A stretch of DNA of 64,000 bases from Octopus sinensis (taxonomy: Eukaryota), in the NCBI RefSeq assembly GCF_006345805.1, contig NC_042997.1, forward strand, positions 18,042,001-18,106,000, read 5' to 3'. Below, piece by piece: positions 51,647 to 64,000 of this stretch. Under the pieces are notes generated by a model. The model did no database searches and had not been told where the DNA came from. It saw nothing but the letters and a program-made list of their open reading frames with translations. The translations under genes and the position numbers were made by a program. The first letter of the stretch is position 1; each line of letters begins with the position of its first letter.

Positions 51647-53840
51647 ACCATCCGATCGTGGCCGTTCGCCAGCCTCATCTGGCACCTGTGTCGGTGGCAC
51701 ATAAAGACACCATCCGAAGACCCGGCGACGTAGTCGTCCACCTGTGCATACTTCCCTCTTATGACACTTGTGAAGACCTGTTGAGGCAAGTGTGTGACAC
51801 TTGTGAAGACCTGTTGAGGCAGAGGCAAGTGTGTGACACTTGTGGAGACCTGTTGAGGCAAGTGTGTGACACTTGTGAAGACCTGTTGAGGCAAGTGAAA
51901 ATCAAATCAATCCAAATCAAAATAGATGAACATCAATGGAATTTGTATCTTTGTGGTTCCAGTACCGGTGGCACACAAGAAAACCATCCGAACGTGGCCG
52001 TAGCCAGTACCGCATCGACTGGCCTCCGTGCTGTGGGCACAACAAACACCATCTGATCGTGGCCGTTCGCCAGCCTCATCTGGCACCTGTGTCGGTGGCA
52101 CATAAAAACACCATCCGAAGACCGGCGACGTAGTCAGTCCACCTATGCATACCTTCCTACTTATGACACTTGTGAAGACCTGTTGAGGCAAGTGTGTGAC
52201 ACCTACTTATGACACTTGTGAAGACCTGTTGAGGCAAGTGTGTGACACTTGTGTAGACCTGTTGAGGCAAGTGAAAATCAAATCAAATCAAATCAACCAA
52301 ATCAAAATAGATGACATCAATGGAATTTGTATCTTTGTGGTACCAGTACCGTTGGCACACAAGAAAACCATCCGAACGTGGCTGTAGCCAGTACCGCATC
52401 GACTGGCCTCTGTGACGTGGGCACATAACAAACACCATCCGATCGTGGCCGTTCGCCAGCCTCATCTGGCACCTGTGTTGGTGGCACATAAAAACACCAA
52501 CCGAAGACCCGGCAAGACTAGTCAGGCCATAACCCGTGGCCCCTACTTGGGACGTAGTCAGTCCCCTGTGCATACCTTCCTTCCTTCCTGTGACACTTGT
52601 GAAGACCTGTGAAGACCTGTTGAGGCAAGTGAAAATCAAATCAAATCAAATCAAAATGGATGAACATCAATGGAATTTGTATCTTTGTGGTACCAGTGCC
52701 GGTGGCACACAAGAAAACCATCCGAACGTGGCTGTAGCCAGTACCGCATCGACTGGCCTCTGTGACGTGGGCACATAACAAACACCATCCGATCGTGGCC
52801 GTTCGCCAGCCTCATCTAGCACCTGTGTTGGTGGCACATAAAAACACCAACCGAAGACCCGGCAAGACTAGTCAGGCCATAACCCGTGGCCCCTACTTGG
52901 GACGTAGTCAGTCCCCTGTGCATACCTTCCTTCCTTCCTGTGACACTTGTGAAGACCTGTGTAGACCTGTTGAGGCAAGTGAAAATCAAATCAAATCAAA
53001 TCAAACCAAATCAAAATAGATGAACATCAATGGAATTTGTATCTTTGTGGTACCAGTACCGTTGGCACACAAGAAAACCATCCGAACGTGGCTGTAGCCA
53101 GTACCGCATCGACTGGCCTCTGTGACGTGGGCACATAACAAACACCATCCGATCGTGGCCGTTCGCCAGCCTCATCTGGCACCTGTGTTGGTGGCACATA
53201 AAAACACCAACCGAAGACCCGGCAAGACTAGTCAGGCCATAACCCGTGGCCCCTACCTGGGACGTAGTCAGTCCACCTGTGCATACCTTCCTTCTTGTGA
53301 CACTTGTGAAGACCTGTTGAGGCAAGTGAAAATCAAATCAAAACAAATCAAAATAGATGAACATCAATGGAATTTGTATCTTTGTGGTACCAGTGCCGGT
53401 GGCACACAAGAAAATCATCTGAACGTGGCCGTAGCCAGTACCACATACACTGGCCTCCGTGCTTTGGGGACGTAACAAACACCATCCGATCGTGGCCGTC
53501 CGCCAGCCTCATCTGGCACCTGTGTCGGTGGCACATAAAAACACCATCCGAGCGTGGCCGTCTGCCAGCCTCGTCTGGCACCTGTGTTGGTGGCACATAA
53601 AAACACCATCCGAGCGTGGCCGTTCGCCAGCCTCGTCTGGCACCTGTGTCGGTGGCACATAAAATCACCCACTACACTCTCGGAGTGGTTGGCGTTAGGA
53701 AGGGCATCCAGCTGTAGAAACACTGCCAGATCTGACTGGCCTGGTGCAGCCTTCGGGCTCCCCAGACCCCAGTTGAACCGTCCAACCCATGCTAGCATGG
53801 AAAACGGACGCTAAATGATGATGATGATGATGATGATGAT
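51647..53840 (+). repeat. Hierarchical tandem array of the RTE-type 3' repeat (five ~350-bp units plus 33-bp and 62-bp subunits), with a single (GAT)n tail
   Basis: GTGAAAATCAAATC anchors at 51895, 52271, 52629, 52979 and 53326; 33-bp unit x4 from 51762; 62-bp unit x3 at 53482, 53544 and 53606. Confidence 0.92.
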
Positions 53841-54175
53841 ATTAATAATGGTGACAAAATGCCGATAGATATTATCAATATTAATCGTTTTGATGACTTT
53901 AAATGTAGTTTTAAAGCAGTCAATAATGAAACCTTCTTTAAGATGGCAGAGCATGATTTAAGAGAGATTTTGCTGATAATGCTAGCTAGTAGATTATGTG
54001 ACTATGCTGTTTGAAATGCTTTAGAAATAGAAAATATATATAGAGAAGATCTTGAGGTGTATCATTTGGCATTTTTCACATTTATTCACAAGACAAAGTG
54101 GGATGCTGTCATTTGTTGTTGGATAGGGTCAAACTAGTGATAAGAACTCAACGTAATCCTCCTCATCTTCCTCCT

Positions 54176-54500
54176 GTGAGGGCGCGTGGCTTAGTGGTTA
54201 GGGCATTCGGCTCATGATCGTAAGGTTGTGAGTTCGATTCCCGGCGACGCGTTGTGTCCTTGAGCAAGACACTTTATTTCACGTTGCTCCAGTCCACTCA
54301 GCTGGCAAAAATGAGTTGTACTTGTATTTCAAAGGGTCAGCCTTGTCACTCTCTGTGTCACGCTGATTATCCCCGAGAACTACGTTAAGGGTACACGTGT
54401 CTGTGGAATGCTCAGCCATTTGCACGTTAATTTCACGAGCAAGCTGTTCCGTTGATCGTATCAGCTGGGACCCTCGTCGTCGTAACCGGCGGAGTCTTTA
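54176..54500 (+). mobile_element. tRNA-derived SINE family C with 11-bp TSD
   Basis: A box TGGCTTAGTGG, B box GAGTTCGATTCC; flanked by ATCTTCCTCCT at 54165-54175 and 54501-54511. Confidence 0.85.
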
Positions 54501-57159
54501 ATCTTCCTCCTCCTCCTTCTCCTCTACATCATTATCATCAGTTGCTGTAGTTGTTATAGCAGTAGTCTTAAATGATATTAAAGTCTTTCTCTTGAATAAA
54601 TACCCTGGTGGATCCTGGTAAGCCATCACACAATCAAACTGATATTTGTTTTATGACTCGTGCAAACTAAGCAATAACCCATGCTAAATGTGTTATTAAG
54701 GATGGGATTACAATAAAATTGCCTTTAGCAGAATATAATGAATCAAAGGATTCGTGCATTGTGTATCCAACACTTTAACCATAGAGCCACTAAACTTTGT
54801 AATTGAGACAACAATAGTTTTCCATTACAAACAAAAAGCAAGAGCAGCTGACACATTTTAAAATTTATTTATGATTGCCATTAGACCCAATGTAAATTTA
54901 ATTCATCTTATTTTATTTTCTAATATTCAAAAATACCTAGAGGCGAAAGCAATTAAAAATGGTTAGATTTATTTACATAATTTGGAATAACTATTACCAA
55001 ATTGACATGGAAATTTAATTAAAAATGTTTTCGAAAATTATTCAATTTCCAAATAATCTCCCATTGCTGCTTTCTCTCTTGTGGTCTTTCTGTCTTTGAT
55101 TTTAGCAATTGCAGTTTAATGGAACAGAGACATAATTCATGCTAAATATGATGCCAGTATGTAAATGTATGCTTTAGAAAATATGAATAGCAAAGTTGCA
55201 GGAAACAAAATATCTTGTTGATGTTGGTTCTCAAACATTTATCACTCCAGCAAACCAAAGGAACCACTATTCCCTTTTTCTAATCTTGATGAATGTTGTC
55301 AGTCATAAATAGAAATTTATCTAAAGAACAAACATACTTGATCTTTCAAGTGATAAGGAGTATAAAAATAATTGCAGGTAATCAGTATCTCTATATGATA
55401 ATCTATTCTTAACCCCAGTACATACAATGAATCATCTGAAGAAGATGTCTTGATAGTTGTAGGGTATTAGTTTAAGTTTATGGTACTGATATTATAAAAA
55501 TATTATTGATTACAAATCTCTAGAAAACTAAATACCTTGCAGTATGTAAATTTCCTCTCTCTTCTATGATCTCATGATGATTTTGCATTTCATTTCATTT
55601 GAGTTGATACTACAAATATTGGTGTCAACTATACTAGGATCAATATATTTATTCAAATTATGTCCCCTAGAAAATTAGTTTTATTCATTCAAATAATTTA
55701 TTGTATACTTTAGTAGAATGTAAGGTTTTGAATTTTTCTTTGTAAATTTTGAAAACCATCATCACCATCATCGTCATCTTTGTCATTGTCCTCAGGAGTG
55801 GTGTTATCATCATTGTCATCTTCATCTACATTGTTGTCACTATCATCATTTTGAATGGTAGACTTAATCCACTGTCTTTATTGCTGTATCTGCGATAAGA
55901 ATCCTGTCTGAAGATACCTTTTACCTTCCCCCACCCCATAGTCAGTCTTGAATGACCTGAAAACGATATAGCTGTTGCTCTTACTTCTCTGATTAACAAG
56001 AATGCAAAAAATTAATTGATTAATTAGTAGAGTATAAAAAGTCGAATTTAACTGAATAAATGCGGGGATAGATTCAGTTTGAGCAGTTAATCTGATCTTA
56101 TAAAACCATAAACTATGACAGATTTAAAACATTTTCACTGTGCTTTTGAACCAGACACATAAGACAGTCTTAACCAAAACCAAACAATTTCTTACTAGCT
56201 TCATGCATGGGTAGAAGAAGTTCGTTTCTGAATATGATTTAGATTGCAGAAGATAATTATACAAAATATATATAATTCATCTCTGAAAGATAGAAAATCA
56301 GTAAAAATCTTATATCAAAAGAATAAAATTTAGGTTACATGATCATGTGAAACGAAGTAACTAAGTTTGAAAAGAGATTAAAATGAAATATATTTGTATA
56401 GCATATTAAAAAAAGGATCAAAAATGTTTGTGACTTCTCATCAATAGTCCTTGCTGAGGAAAAGAAAAACATAAAAAACATTTAAAAAATGTAGTTCACA
56501 CATTATTTTTCAATATAATTTCTTCTGATTTCAATATGTCTGATAAGGTGATGTGAGAAAGAGAAATCAATGAAATAATATGGAAATGTTCTTTAAGAAT
56601 TTCTTAGAAAATATTCTTGATCAGATTGTTATTTATTGGAGAGGAAACTTGGAAGGAAATATCAACAAAGGAAGAAAGATAAATTAGAATATCTTACAGC
56701 TCTAAGATACTTTACAATTGAGTTCTGGTTTCAATTATTCATTCTTGACATGCAATCCTTGATAGCAGCAGTAGTATGGTTTGGCAAAATAAATTGAATA
56801 AAGCAATCTATTTTTCTGGTACATTTTCAGGTTTTCTCAATAACTAACCTATTCCTTCGAAATAAATAAAATATAAACACATACATACACGTGCGCGTGC
56901 ACACATGCATGCTCTTATATTTATAAGTATATGTGTGTGTGTGTGTATGTATATATAAAATATATGTGTGTGCTTGAAGAATTTAACATCAAACTTCAAT
57001 TTTATTTTTTTATTTTCATTAAAATTTTTTTCTAATTTACATCTACTTCTTACAAGTCAACATCACTTGAGCAAAAGAGAAGGAATCATGAGTAATGATG
57101 GAGACAGCTAAGATGAAGATGCAATAAGATGCAATAAAACAGATAGACATATACACTAT

Positions 57160-57216
<57 letters not shown>

Positions 57217-57731
57217 TTCCATACATATATATATGTACAAGTAGATATAAACTTACATACATATGCATAGTTATGTATTTTACATAAGAACGCACTAAAA
57301 CGTATGAACATACACAAACACACACACACATATATATATATATGAAAAATGGATACAAATCAAGATGTAAAAGTGAAAGTAAACCTGATGTACATCTGCA
57401 AGCAATAGGATGGTAAGGTTTCTTTAGAGAGAAAGCAAATAGAACAAGTCTGTAGAACCTTAGAATAGAGTTCAACTAATCATTAGATTATTTTATTGAA
57501 ATCTATGGTTGCCAGGATGTTCTAATATGTTGATGCATTCAAGGAATTTGACACTTCTCAGTTGTTGAATGATGGGCGACCTCTGTAGACTGAAATAATA
57601 ATAGTAATACTGAACTATATTGAAGTTATATAGATTTTATGTTACCCATAAGAAAATATGTCTCCCATAAATAAGTATATAAATACTAATGTGTGTGTGT
57701 GTGTGTATATGTGTATGTGCATGTGTATATA

Positions 57732-57789
<58 letters not shown>

Positions 57790-57814
57790 CATACATACAT
57801 ATATATATATATCC

Positions 57815-58070
57815 ATCATCATCATCATATAATGTCTGTTGTCCATGCTGGCATGGGTTGGATGGTTTGACTGGGGTTGGTAAGCTGGAAGGCTGCTGCA
57901 GACTCCAGTCTGATTTGGCATGGTTTTCTATGGCTGGATGCCCTTCGTAACACTAACTACCCTGAGAGTGTAATGATTGCTTTTATGCATCACCGGCATG
58001 GGTGCCATTTACATGACAACAATATCTACCACAACTGCAATTTTGCTCAGCTTGATGTGTCTTCTTGTAT
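57815..58070 (-). mobile_element. (GAT)n-tailed RTE-type repeat
   Basis: (CAT)n..CCATGCTGGCATGGGTTGGATGG..CTGGATGCCCTTC. Confidence 0.8.
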
Positions 58071-58304
58071 GTATGTATGTATGTACGTATGTATGTACGT
58101 ATGTATGTACATACATATGTATGTATAAACCATGTCAAAGCTGACATAGGGGCGCAGCAGACCATGGGACGTATCACACATTGTTCAGTATCAAACTGTC
58201 CAGCCCATGCCAGCATGCTAAACGAACATTAAATGATGATGTTGATGATCATATGTGTATGTATGTGTGTATTTACACACACACACATTTGTGAGTATGT
58301 ATAT

Positions 58305-58764
58305 ATATCATCATCATCATCATCATCATCATCGTTTAATGTCTGTCTTCCATGCTGGCATGGGTGGGGTGGGTTCACAAGAGTTGGCCAGGCAGAAGCC
58401 TGCACCAGACTTCTGTAACTGTTTTGGCAAGATTTTTACAGGTGGAGGCCCTTCTTAACACCAATCACTCAGCAGAATGGACTTAACGCTTTTTACATGG
58501 CACAAGCACAGGTGAGGTCAGTTTTGGATGCCCTTCCAAATACCAACTACTTTACAATGTAGACTGGGTAATTTTAAGTTTAAGTGGCACCTGCACTGAC
58601 AGGGTCATCAAGTACATGCAAGGCAAAAAAAACTTTTTGGGGACGGAGCATTGGAAGAGGTGATCTTGCATTGGATGATGAAAGGCTATAGTGAGGCAGA
58701 GAGACAGAAACAGATGTGTTGCTGCAGAGGAGGTACAAGGTTACCCAACAAGAGATAGAGAGAG

Positions 58765-58825
<61 letters not shown>

Positions 58826-59170
58826 GATAGAGATCAGGAATGAAGACAGAAAGAGGTGCACTGCCGTAAAGGGAATACATAGTTACCCAACCTGAGGGAA
58901 GTGCAGGAGAAGGAGAGAGAGAGTGGGATACAGCAGGATGGAGATGGTGGCAAAGTGCCAGGCATATGCACTGATACAGTGTGACAGGGCATGGGTGGAC
59001 CATACAAGTCAGAAGTTAGAGGAAAGCAATGATACAATGTCACAGGTCCAAGAGGACAGGAGTGGGGAGAGGGAGGTAAGCCTACTGCATAAAGTGGAAA
59101 TGTGAGGAAGAGAAGAGATGCAGAGATGTAGTTTGGTTTGTTGTGGTAAAGTCTGTGAGAAGTTTTCTTG
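58305..59170 (-). mobile_element. RTE LINE 3' UTR copy (reverse of 41990-43325)
   Basis: (CAT)n tail, (GA)n tract, GGTTACCCAACCTGAGGGAAGTGCAGGAGAAGG and GAGATGTAG..GGTTTGTTGTGGTA match the reverse complement of 42010-42900. Confidence 0.8.
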
Positions 59171-59272
59171 TTAAGTGTGTGTGGGACACACAGTGCTTGT
59201 TAAGCATGTGGGACACACAGTGCTTGTTAAGCGTGTGGGACACACAGTGCTTGTTAAGTGTGTGGGACACAC
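59167..59272. repeat. 27-bp minisatellite x4
   Basis: CTTGTTAAG(C/T)(A/G)TGTGGGACACACAGTG at 59167, 59196, 59223 and 59250. Confidence 0.9.
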
Positions 59273-59279
59273 ACAATGC

Positions 59280-59701
59280 TAGTGACCACTCCACCATCTC
59301 ACAGGCCCAATCTTTTTTCCATTTCATATTTGCTGGTTGAAGAAGTGGCTTCCATCTTGCTGCTCTGCCATAGTAGACAAATTTGTAAAAATACCTGACA
59401 GCTGTTCTGAGACTGACATTAACATGTTTTGCTATGTCAGCGGACTTGCAACAAGAATTATACTCCACACTTCTCTTAACAAAGCGAAGGGTCCGGTCAG
59501 AGAGTCTTGGTCAACCTGGGCAAAGTGATGTGAACTCCTCCCCCTCTCTGGTGAATTACATACACAATCACTCAACTGTTAAAAGTGGGATCCCAATGTT
59601 TTCTGCGATTTTATGTTGACTAAGTCCACCTTCAGACTGACCCAGAATATGGCTTCTTTGAAATCCAGACAGTCCTAAAAGGCTTCTTTTGTATGTGGCA
59701 T
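59280..59701 (-). pseudogene. Tc1-like transposase 5' remnant (bipartite HTH), truncated by the RTE insertion
   Basis: [29 protein letters not shown]...PRLSDRTLRFVKRSV..NVSLRTAVR..YYGRAARWKPLL..DWACEMVEW, with in-frame stops. Confidence 0.8.
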
Positions 59702-59887
59702 GATTAAACAGTCACATACAGAACCTGAAACATAAAAATGTCAATTAGAAAACAATATAAATATTTTTCAAGTTAGAATAAATATAAGATGACATTTTAT
59801 GTCATGTCTATTTACTTCTGTCATGTCTGTGTTTATATTATATATATATATATATATATGTATACACACGTATATACTTCATTCATG

Positions 59888-59928
<41 letters not shown>

Positions 59929-60133
59929 GGAAATATTTTAAAGAACATTTCATTTCATTTTTCCAGCATGGAAAGCGGGCATTACACAACGATGATGATG
60001 ATGATGATGATGATGATGATAATTGTTTTTCAGGCTTTACTCTTGAAAAAGTTGCAAAGACTGAAACCGCTAATAAAATTTTCTTCATGATAAAAAATTA
60101 TTTTAGCATTTTCTACCTTGTCTTATTTTCTTG

Positions 60134-60170
<37 letters not shown>

Positions 60171-60924
60171 TATACATATATGTGTGTATGTATATAACGT
60201 CTGTCTATCAATTTGTATATATGTATAGATATGTGGCTTCATCTACATTAAATGTCTGTTGTTTGTGTCCCAAACTAGCATGGGTTAGTTGGTTTGAAAA
60301 GTTACAAGTCAAAGGAGCGTGTCAGACTCCAATTTCTGAAGTTTCTATTGCTGTGTGCCCTTCCTAATGCCAACCATTCTACAGAGTTTACAGAGAGTAG
60401 AGCAAAATATGTATGATGATGTCAATGAATGAAATCAAAGAGAAATGGTATTGCATTGCCTAACATAGATTGTTTAATGATCCTACAATATTCTTGGAAA
60501 AATTTTTATTTTCAAATAGAAAAAAGAAAATGATCAAAGCACATGGAAAAATGTGTTATTATCAACAGTCCATTCTAATGTGTTGTAACAAAAGGCTTTG
60601 CTTTAATTTATTTATGCATCAAATATATTAGAAACTGTGGTTAGTTGAGATATGTTGTACTAGTATCAGTTATAGCCATGTGGTGTGACAACAGCATACA
60701 TGATATGGCACTTGGCATGGGAAGTCAGTGCTAGTGCGTTGACAGTAATTGTTGGTGTGTTGACAATATTGCTGAATAGGTAGTCTTAAGACTGATAGAG
60801 ATGGGCTCCCATTAGGGGAGCAAAACTTGAAGTTGCACAGGACTGAATCAAACTCTTTTAAATAATACATGTAATTCCTACTAAATGTGGTGAGTGCCCA
60901 TTTCTTTCATTTGTCCACTCACTC

Positions 60925-61056
60925 ATATACATACATATATACATACATACATACATACATACATACATACGTACATACATACGTACATACATACATACAT
61001 ACATACATACATACATACATACATACGTACATATATACATACATATATACATACAT

Positions 61057-61102
<46 letters not shown>
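60925..61102. repeat. (TACA)n/(TA)n microsatellite
   Basis: Directly visible. Confidence 0.95.
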
Positions 61103-61103
<1 letters not shown>

Positions 61104-61299
61104 CAAGCCTCCACCAACTTCTCTACCTATATATCTGTGCACACCTTTCAATGCAATGTATACCTGCAAATCTAACAGAGGCCTCAAAAGACATTTTAAG
61201 ATCCACAAAAATTAGAACTCAACTTCAACTCTTGGTGGTCCAAATTATATATGCAATCTATGTGGGTGTATTTTCAATACATTGTCTGGTTTAAAAAGC

Positions 61300-61560
61300 C
61301 ATATTATCAGATGCCATGATGGATCAGCACCATCCAATTGTGGTTGATGCTAGCCTCCTCTGGCCCCTGTGCCAGTGGCACATAAAAATAGCACCCACTA
61401 CACTCTCAGAGTGGTTTGTATTAGGAAGGGCATCCAGCTGTAGAAACATTGCCAGATCAGACTGGAGCCTGGTACAGTATCCTGGCTTCCCAGACCCCAG
61501 TTGAACCGTCCAACCCATGCCAGCATGGAAAAACGGACGTTAAATGATGATGATGATGAT
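61300..61560 (+). mobile_element. (GAT)n-tailed RTE-type repeat
   Basis: GGCACATAAAAATAGCACCCACTACACTCTC..AGGAAGGGCATCCAGCTG..GGACGTTAAA(TGA)n. Confidence 0.85.
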
Positions 61561-61579
61561 ATATATATATATATACATA

Positions 61580-61990
61580 TTCTTTTACTCTTTTACTTGT
61601 TTCAGTCATTTGACTCTGACTATGCTGAAGCACCACTTTAAAGGGTTTTAGTTGAAGAAATTGACCCCATGGCTTATTCTTTTTAAACCTAGTACTTATT
61701 CTATTGGTCTCTTTTGCCAAACTGCTAAGTTACAGGGACGTAAACACACCAACATTGGTTGTCAAGTGATGGTGGTGGTGGGGCAAGCACACACACACAC
61801 ACACACACACACATAAATACAGACACATATATAAAATAGGCTTCTTTCAGCTTCCATCTACCAAATCCACTCACAAGGCTTTGGTCAGCCTGAGGCTATA
61901 GTAGCAGATACTTGCCCAAGGTGACATACAGTGAGATTGAACCTGAAACCATGTGGTTGAGAAGCAGGTTTCTTACCATACAGCCACACC
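61580..61990 (-). mobile_element. SINE family A, full length
   Basis: Homologous to 14381-14786. Confidence 0.85.
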
Positions 61991-62009
61991 TATATATGTA
62001 TGTATGTAC

Positions 62010-62460
62010 ATTTTTCTATAGTTTCTTCTTTAATTCTTCAATCCTTCTGACCCTTACCTGTCTCTGTTCCTTCCACATGCTTGGTGCTCGGCCAAGCATG
62101 ATCTTTCTTTCTTAGCATGACCGCCACTCGCACAACACCTTATTTTCCTGTCTCCTGACTTTCATATATGTTTGTTGCCATAAGGCTTCCACTTCACACA
62201 ACAGCTCAACCCGACTTGTCCTTTTAGTCGAAAGACACCTGTTGTTATTCTTGTTTGTATTTGTAATCTTGTAACATTTTCTCCATTTTCTCGATCCTTG
62301 TCCGTGTTGTTGCACATATTCACTTGCTTTCTAAGCCATTAGCTTTTTGGGGCCTACCAATTTTGAACAGTCTGAAGTGTAACAGGCCAAAACTGTAGTG
62401 ATTATTGGAAGCTTGACTGATGAATAGATAGCCACAAATGTTCCGTCCTGGTTTTTCTAT
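62010..62460 (-). mobile_element. Possible decayed RTE ORF 3' remnant
   Basis: Weak translated similarity to RTE C-termini; many stops. Confidence 0.3.
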
Positions 62461-62544
62461 TCGTCTTTGTATCGTCCATTAGTCCGTATGTTTTTATTGT
62501 CATCCGTTACGTTCTTACTCCGTTTTTCTGGATTTATACACTCA

Positions 62545-62581
<37 letters not shown>

Positions 62582-64000
62582 GCACTCACACACGCACACA
62601 CATACATATATTGAGAGAGGTAGTAATGCAGACACAATTAGGTTTGACATATATATATGTAAATACATATATACATGATACATATATAGATACACATAGA
62701 CACATGTACATATATTCAGTACGATAAACACCTATACAGATATACACACACACACACGCACGCATACACATATATTTACTTAGAGCATAAAAATACAGAA
62801 TACTAAGAAGAGATTATTCCTCAAGTAGTCAACAGTTTCACGTAACTCAGATTTACCTAATAATCTTAATGTTCATAATTTGCAGATGGAATGTGCAAAA
62901 AAGGATTGGCTATGCAACCAGTAAAAGTTCACACGGACATATTACCATAAGTCTGGCTCTCTTCACCAAGAGAATGTTGGCAAAAGCAGTCTAAATAGTA
63001 GTGCCAAAGAGTTGAAGGGAGAGAGGCAAAAAAACATAAAGCAGGGAAATGGAGGAGGATTTCTATAAAATAGGGGGTATTTAACAGAGGTAGAATAGAT
63101 GAAACGGAGAGACGAGGGGAGAAAGTAAAAGTTTGGTGAAAGGGAGCATCGCTGGTGATCGGTAATCTCGCTAAGCAGACTTAAAATCAATTTGGATGGT
63201 AGTTGATTGTACAGAGACACAGGAAGAGGTAAGCAATGATCGAAAGAAAGGGGTGGTAGTAGTGTAGGAGGTAGATATGCCGGGAAGGGGAGAATGGTAT
63301 AAAAAGAATGGAGAAAGAGGAAGCGACTAGCAAAAATAATAAGGGTTAAACAACGATTAGTGGAAATTATAAAGACTTTACGTAATGGGTAAATGTAGAA
63401 TAAAATTTGTGCTTACAGATCATGTCAGAGAATGTATTGAGGTATTGTAACGGTGAAGGATAGTGAGCAATTCCCTGCAACACAACTTACAAACATGGAG
63501 GTTGGTATTCTACAGAGAAGTCCCACGATCTACAGACCAGGATAAGGTGTAAAGAACATTCTGGGAAGTGAGGTGGTGTATGTATGAAGTTAGGGAAGTA
63601 GAGAGTTTAGTGGCTCAATTTAAGAACGAATTCATGTGAGTCCAGTTGGGATCTAGTCTGTTCGAATTGATTTCATATTCAGTGTAATGATACACTTTTA
63701 TTGGCTAATGAATGACGTGAAAATTATTTTTGCTATAAATCAATAAACAAAGAGTTATTAGCAATTAAAGTTTGAAAATTTTGGCAATTTTAGACAATCG
63801 TAAGCCACAGACACATTCATGCCTGTTTCCATAGTAACAAGCAGAACATGAGAACTCTTTTGTCTACGAGAAAGCACTTAACGACAAATACATTGAAACC
63901 ACTTATTTTACCTATCTGTTGACAATTAAGCATGTGAATTTATGTAGCGTAGGAGATATGAAAATTGTGATTTGTTCGAGAAATTGATTGAATGCATTTC

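Noticed and set aside
51523-53814. Many 60-132 aa ORFs; the repeat-spacer look might suggest CRISPR
   Set aside because: Read-throughs of a retroelement-derived tandem array. Units are internally homologous with no unique spacers, there are no cas genes, and the context is eukaryotic.
54176-54250. tRNA-like sequence with A/B boxes
   Set aside because: It continues into a SINE body with a TSD and lacks a complete acceptor stem, so it is a SINE head rather than a tRNA gene.
62415-62455. CTGATGA motif (also minus-strand hits near 15030, 44155 and 49765)
   Set aside because: No stem II followed by GAAA and no NUH/stem I pairing; compatible with chance.

Overview
AT-rich, microsatellite-dense eukaryotic DNA. 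The repeat repertoire ((GAT)n-tailed RTE-type 3' ends, tRNA-derived SINEs, Penelope-like fragments, long (TA)n/(TACA)n/(CA)n tracts) resembles that of coleoid cephalopods, most likely Octopus; this is inferred from recalled repeat signatures, not from a search. No host protein-coding exon could be supported, and most ORFs in the supplied track are microsatellite or repeat read-throughs. The window is essentially a transposon graveyard. It holds a full-length decayed maT (DD37D) element, mariner, Tc1 and hAT transposase remnants, RTE and other LINE remnants, a Penelope-like RT/GIY-YIG remnant, three tRNA-SINE families and five non-autonomous Helitrons, one with a swapped 5' half. The most notable signal is a near-canonical minimal type I hammerhead ribozyme at 39277-39358 (7-bp stem I, CUGAUGA/GAAA core, GUC site, palindromic loop 3). 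It sits in a 454-bp non-coding unit with direct and inverted terminal repeats, i.e. a Penelope pLTR or retrozyme-like element. Sequence-unrelated, more degenerate hammerhead-like cores occur at 36122 (+) and 34722-34766 (-). Other observations: several long fold-backs, a hierarchical ~350-bp tandem array, a 1.05-kb near-identical tandem duplication, and a CpG-retaining domain (~21-33 kb) between CpG-depleted domains. Many repeat boundaries are approximate (within tens of bp).
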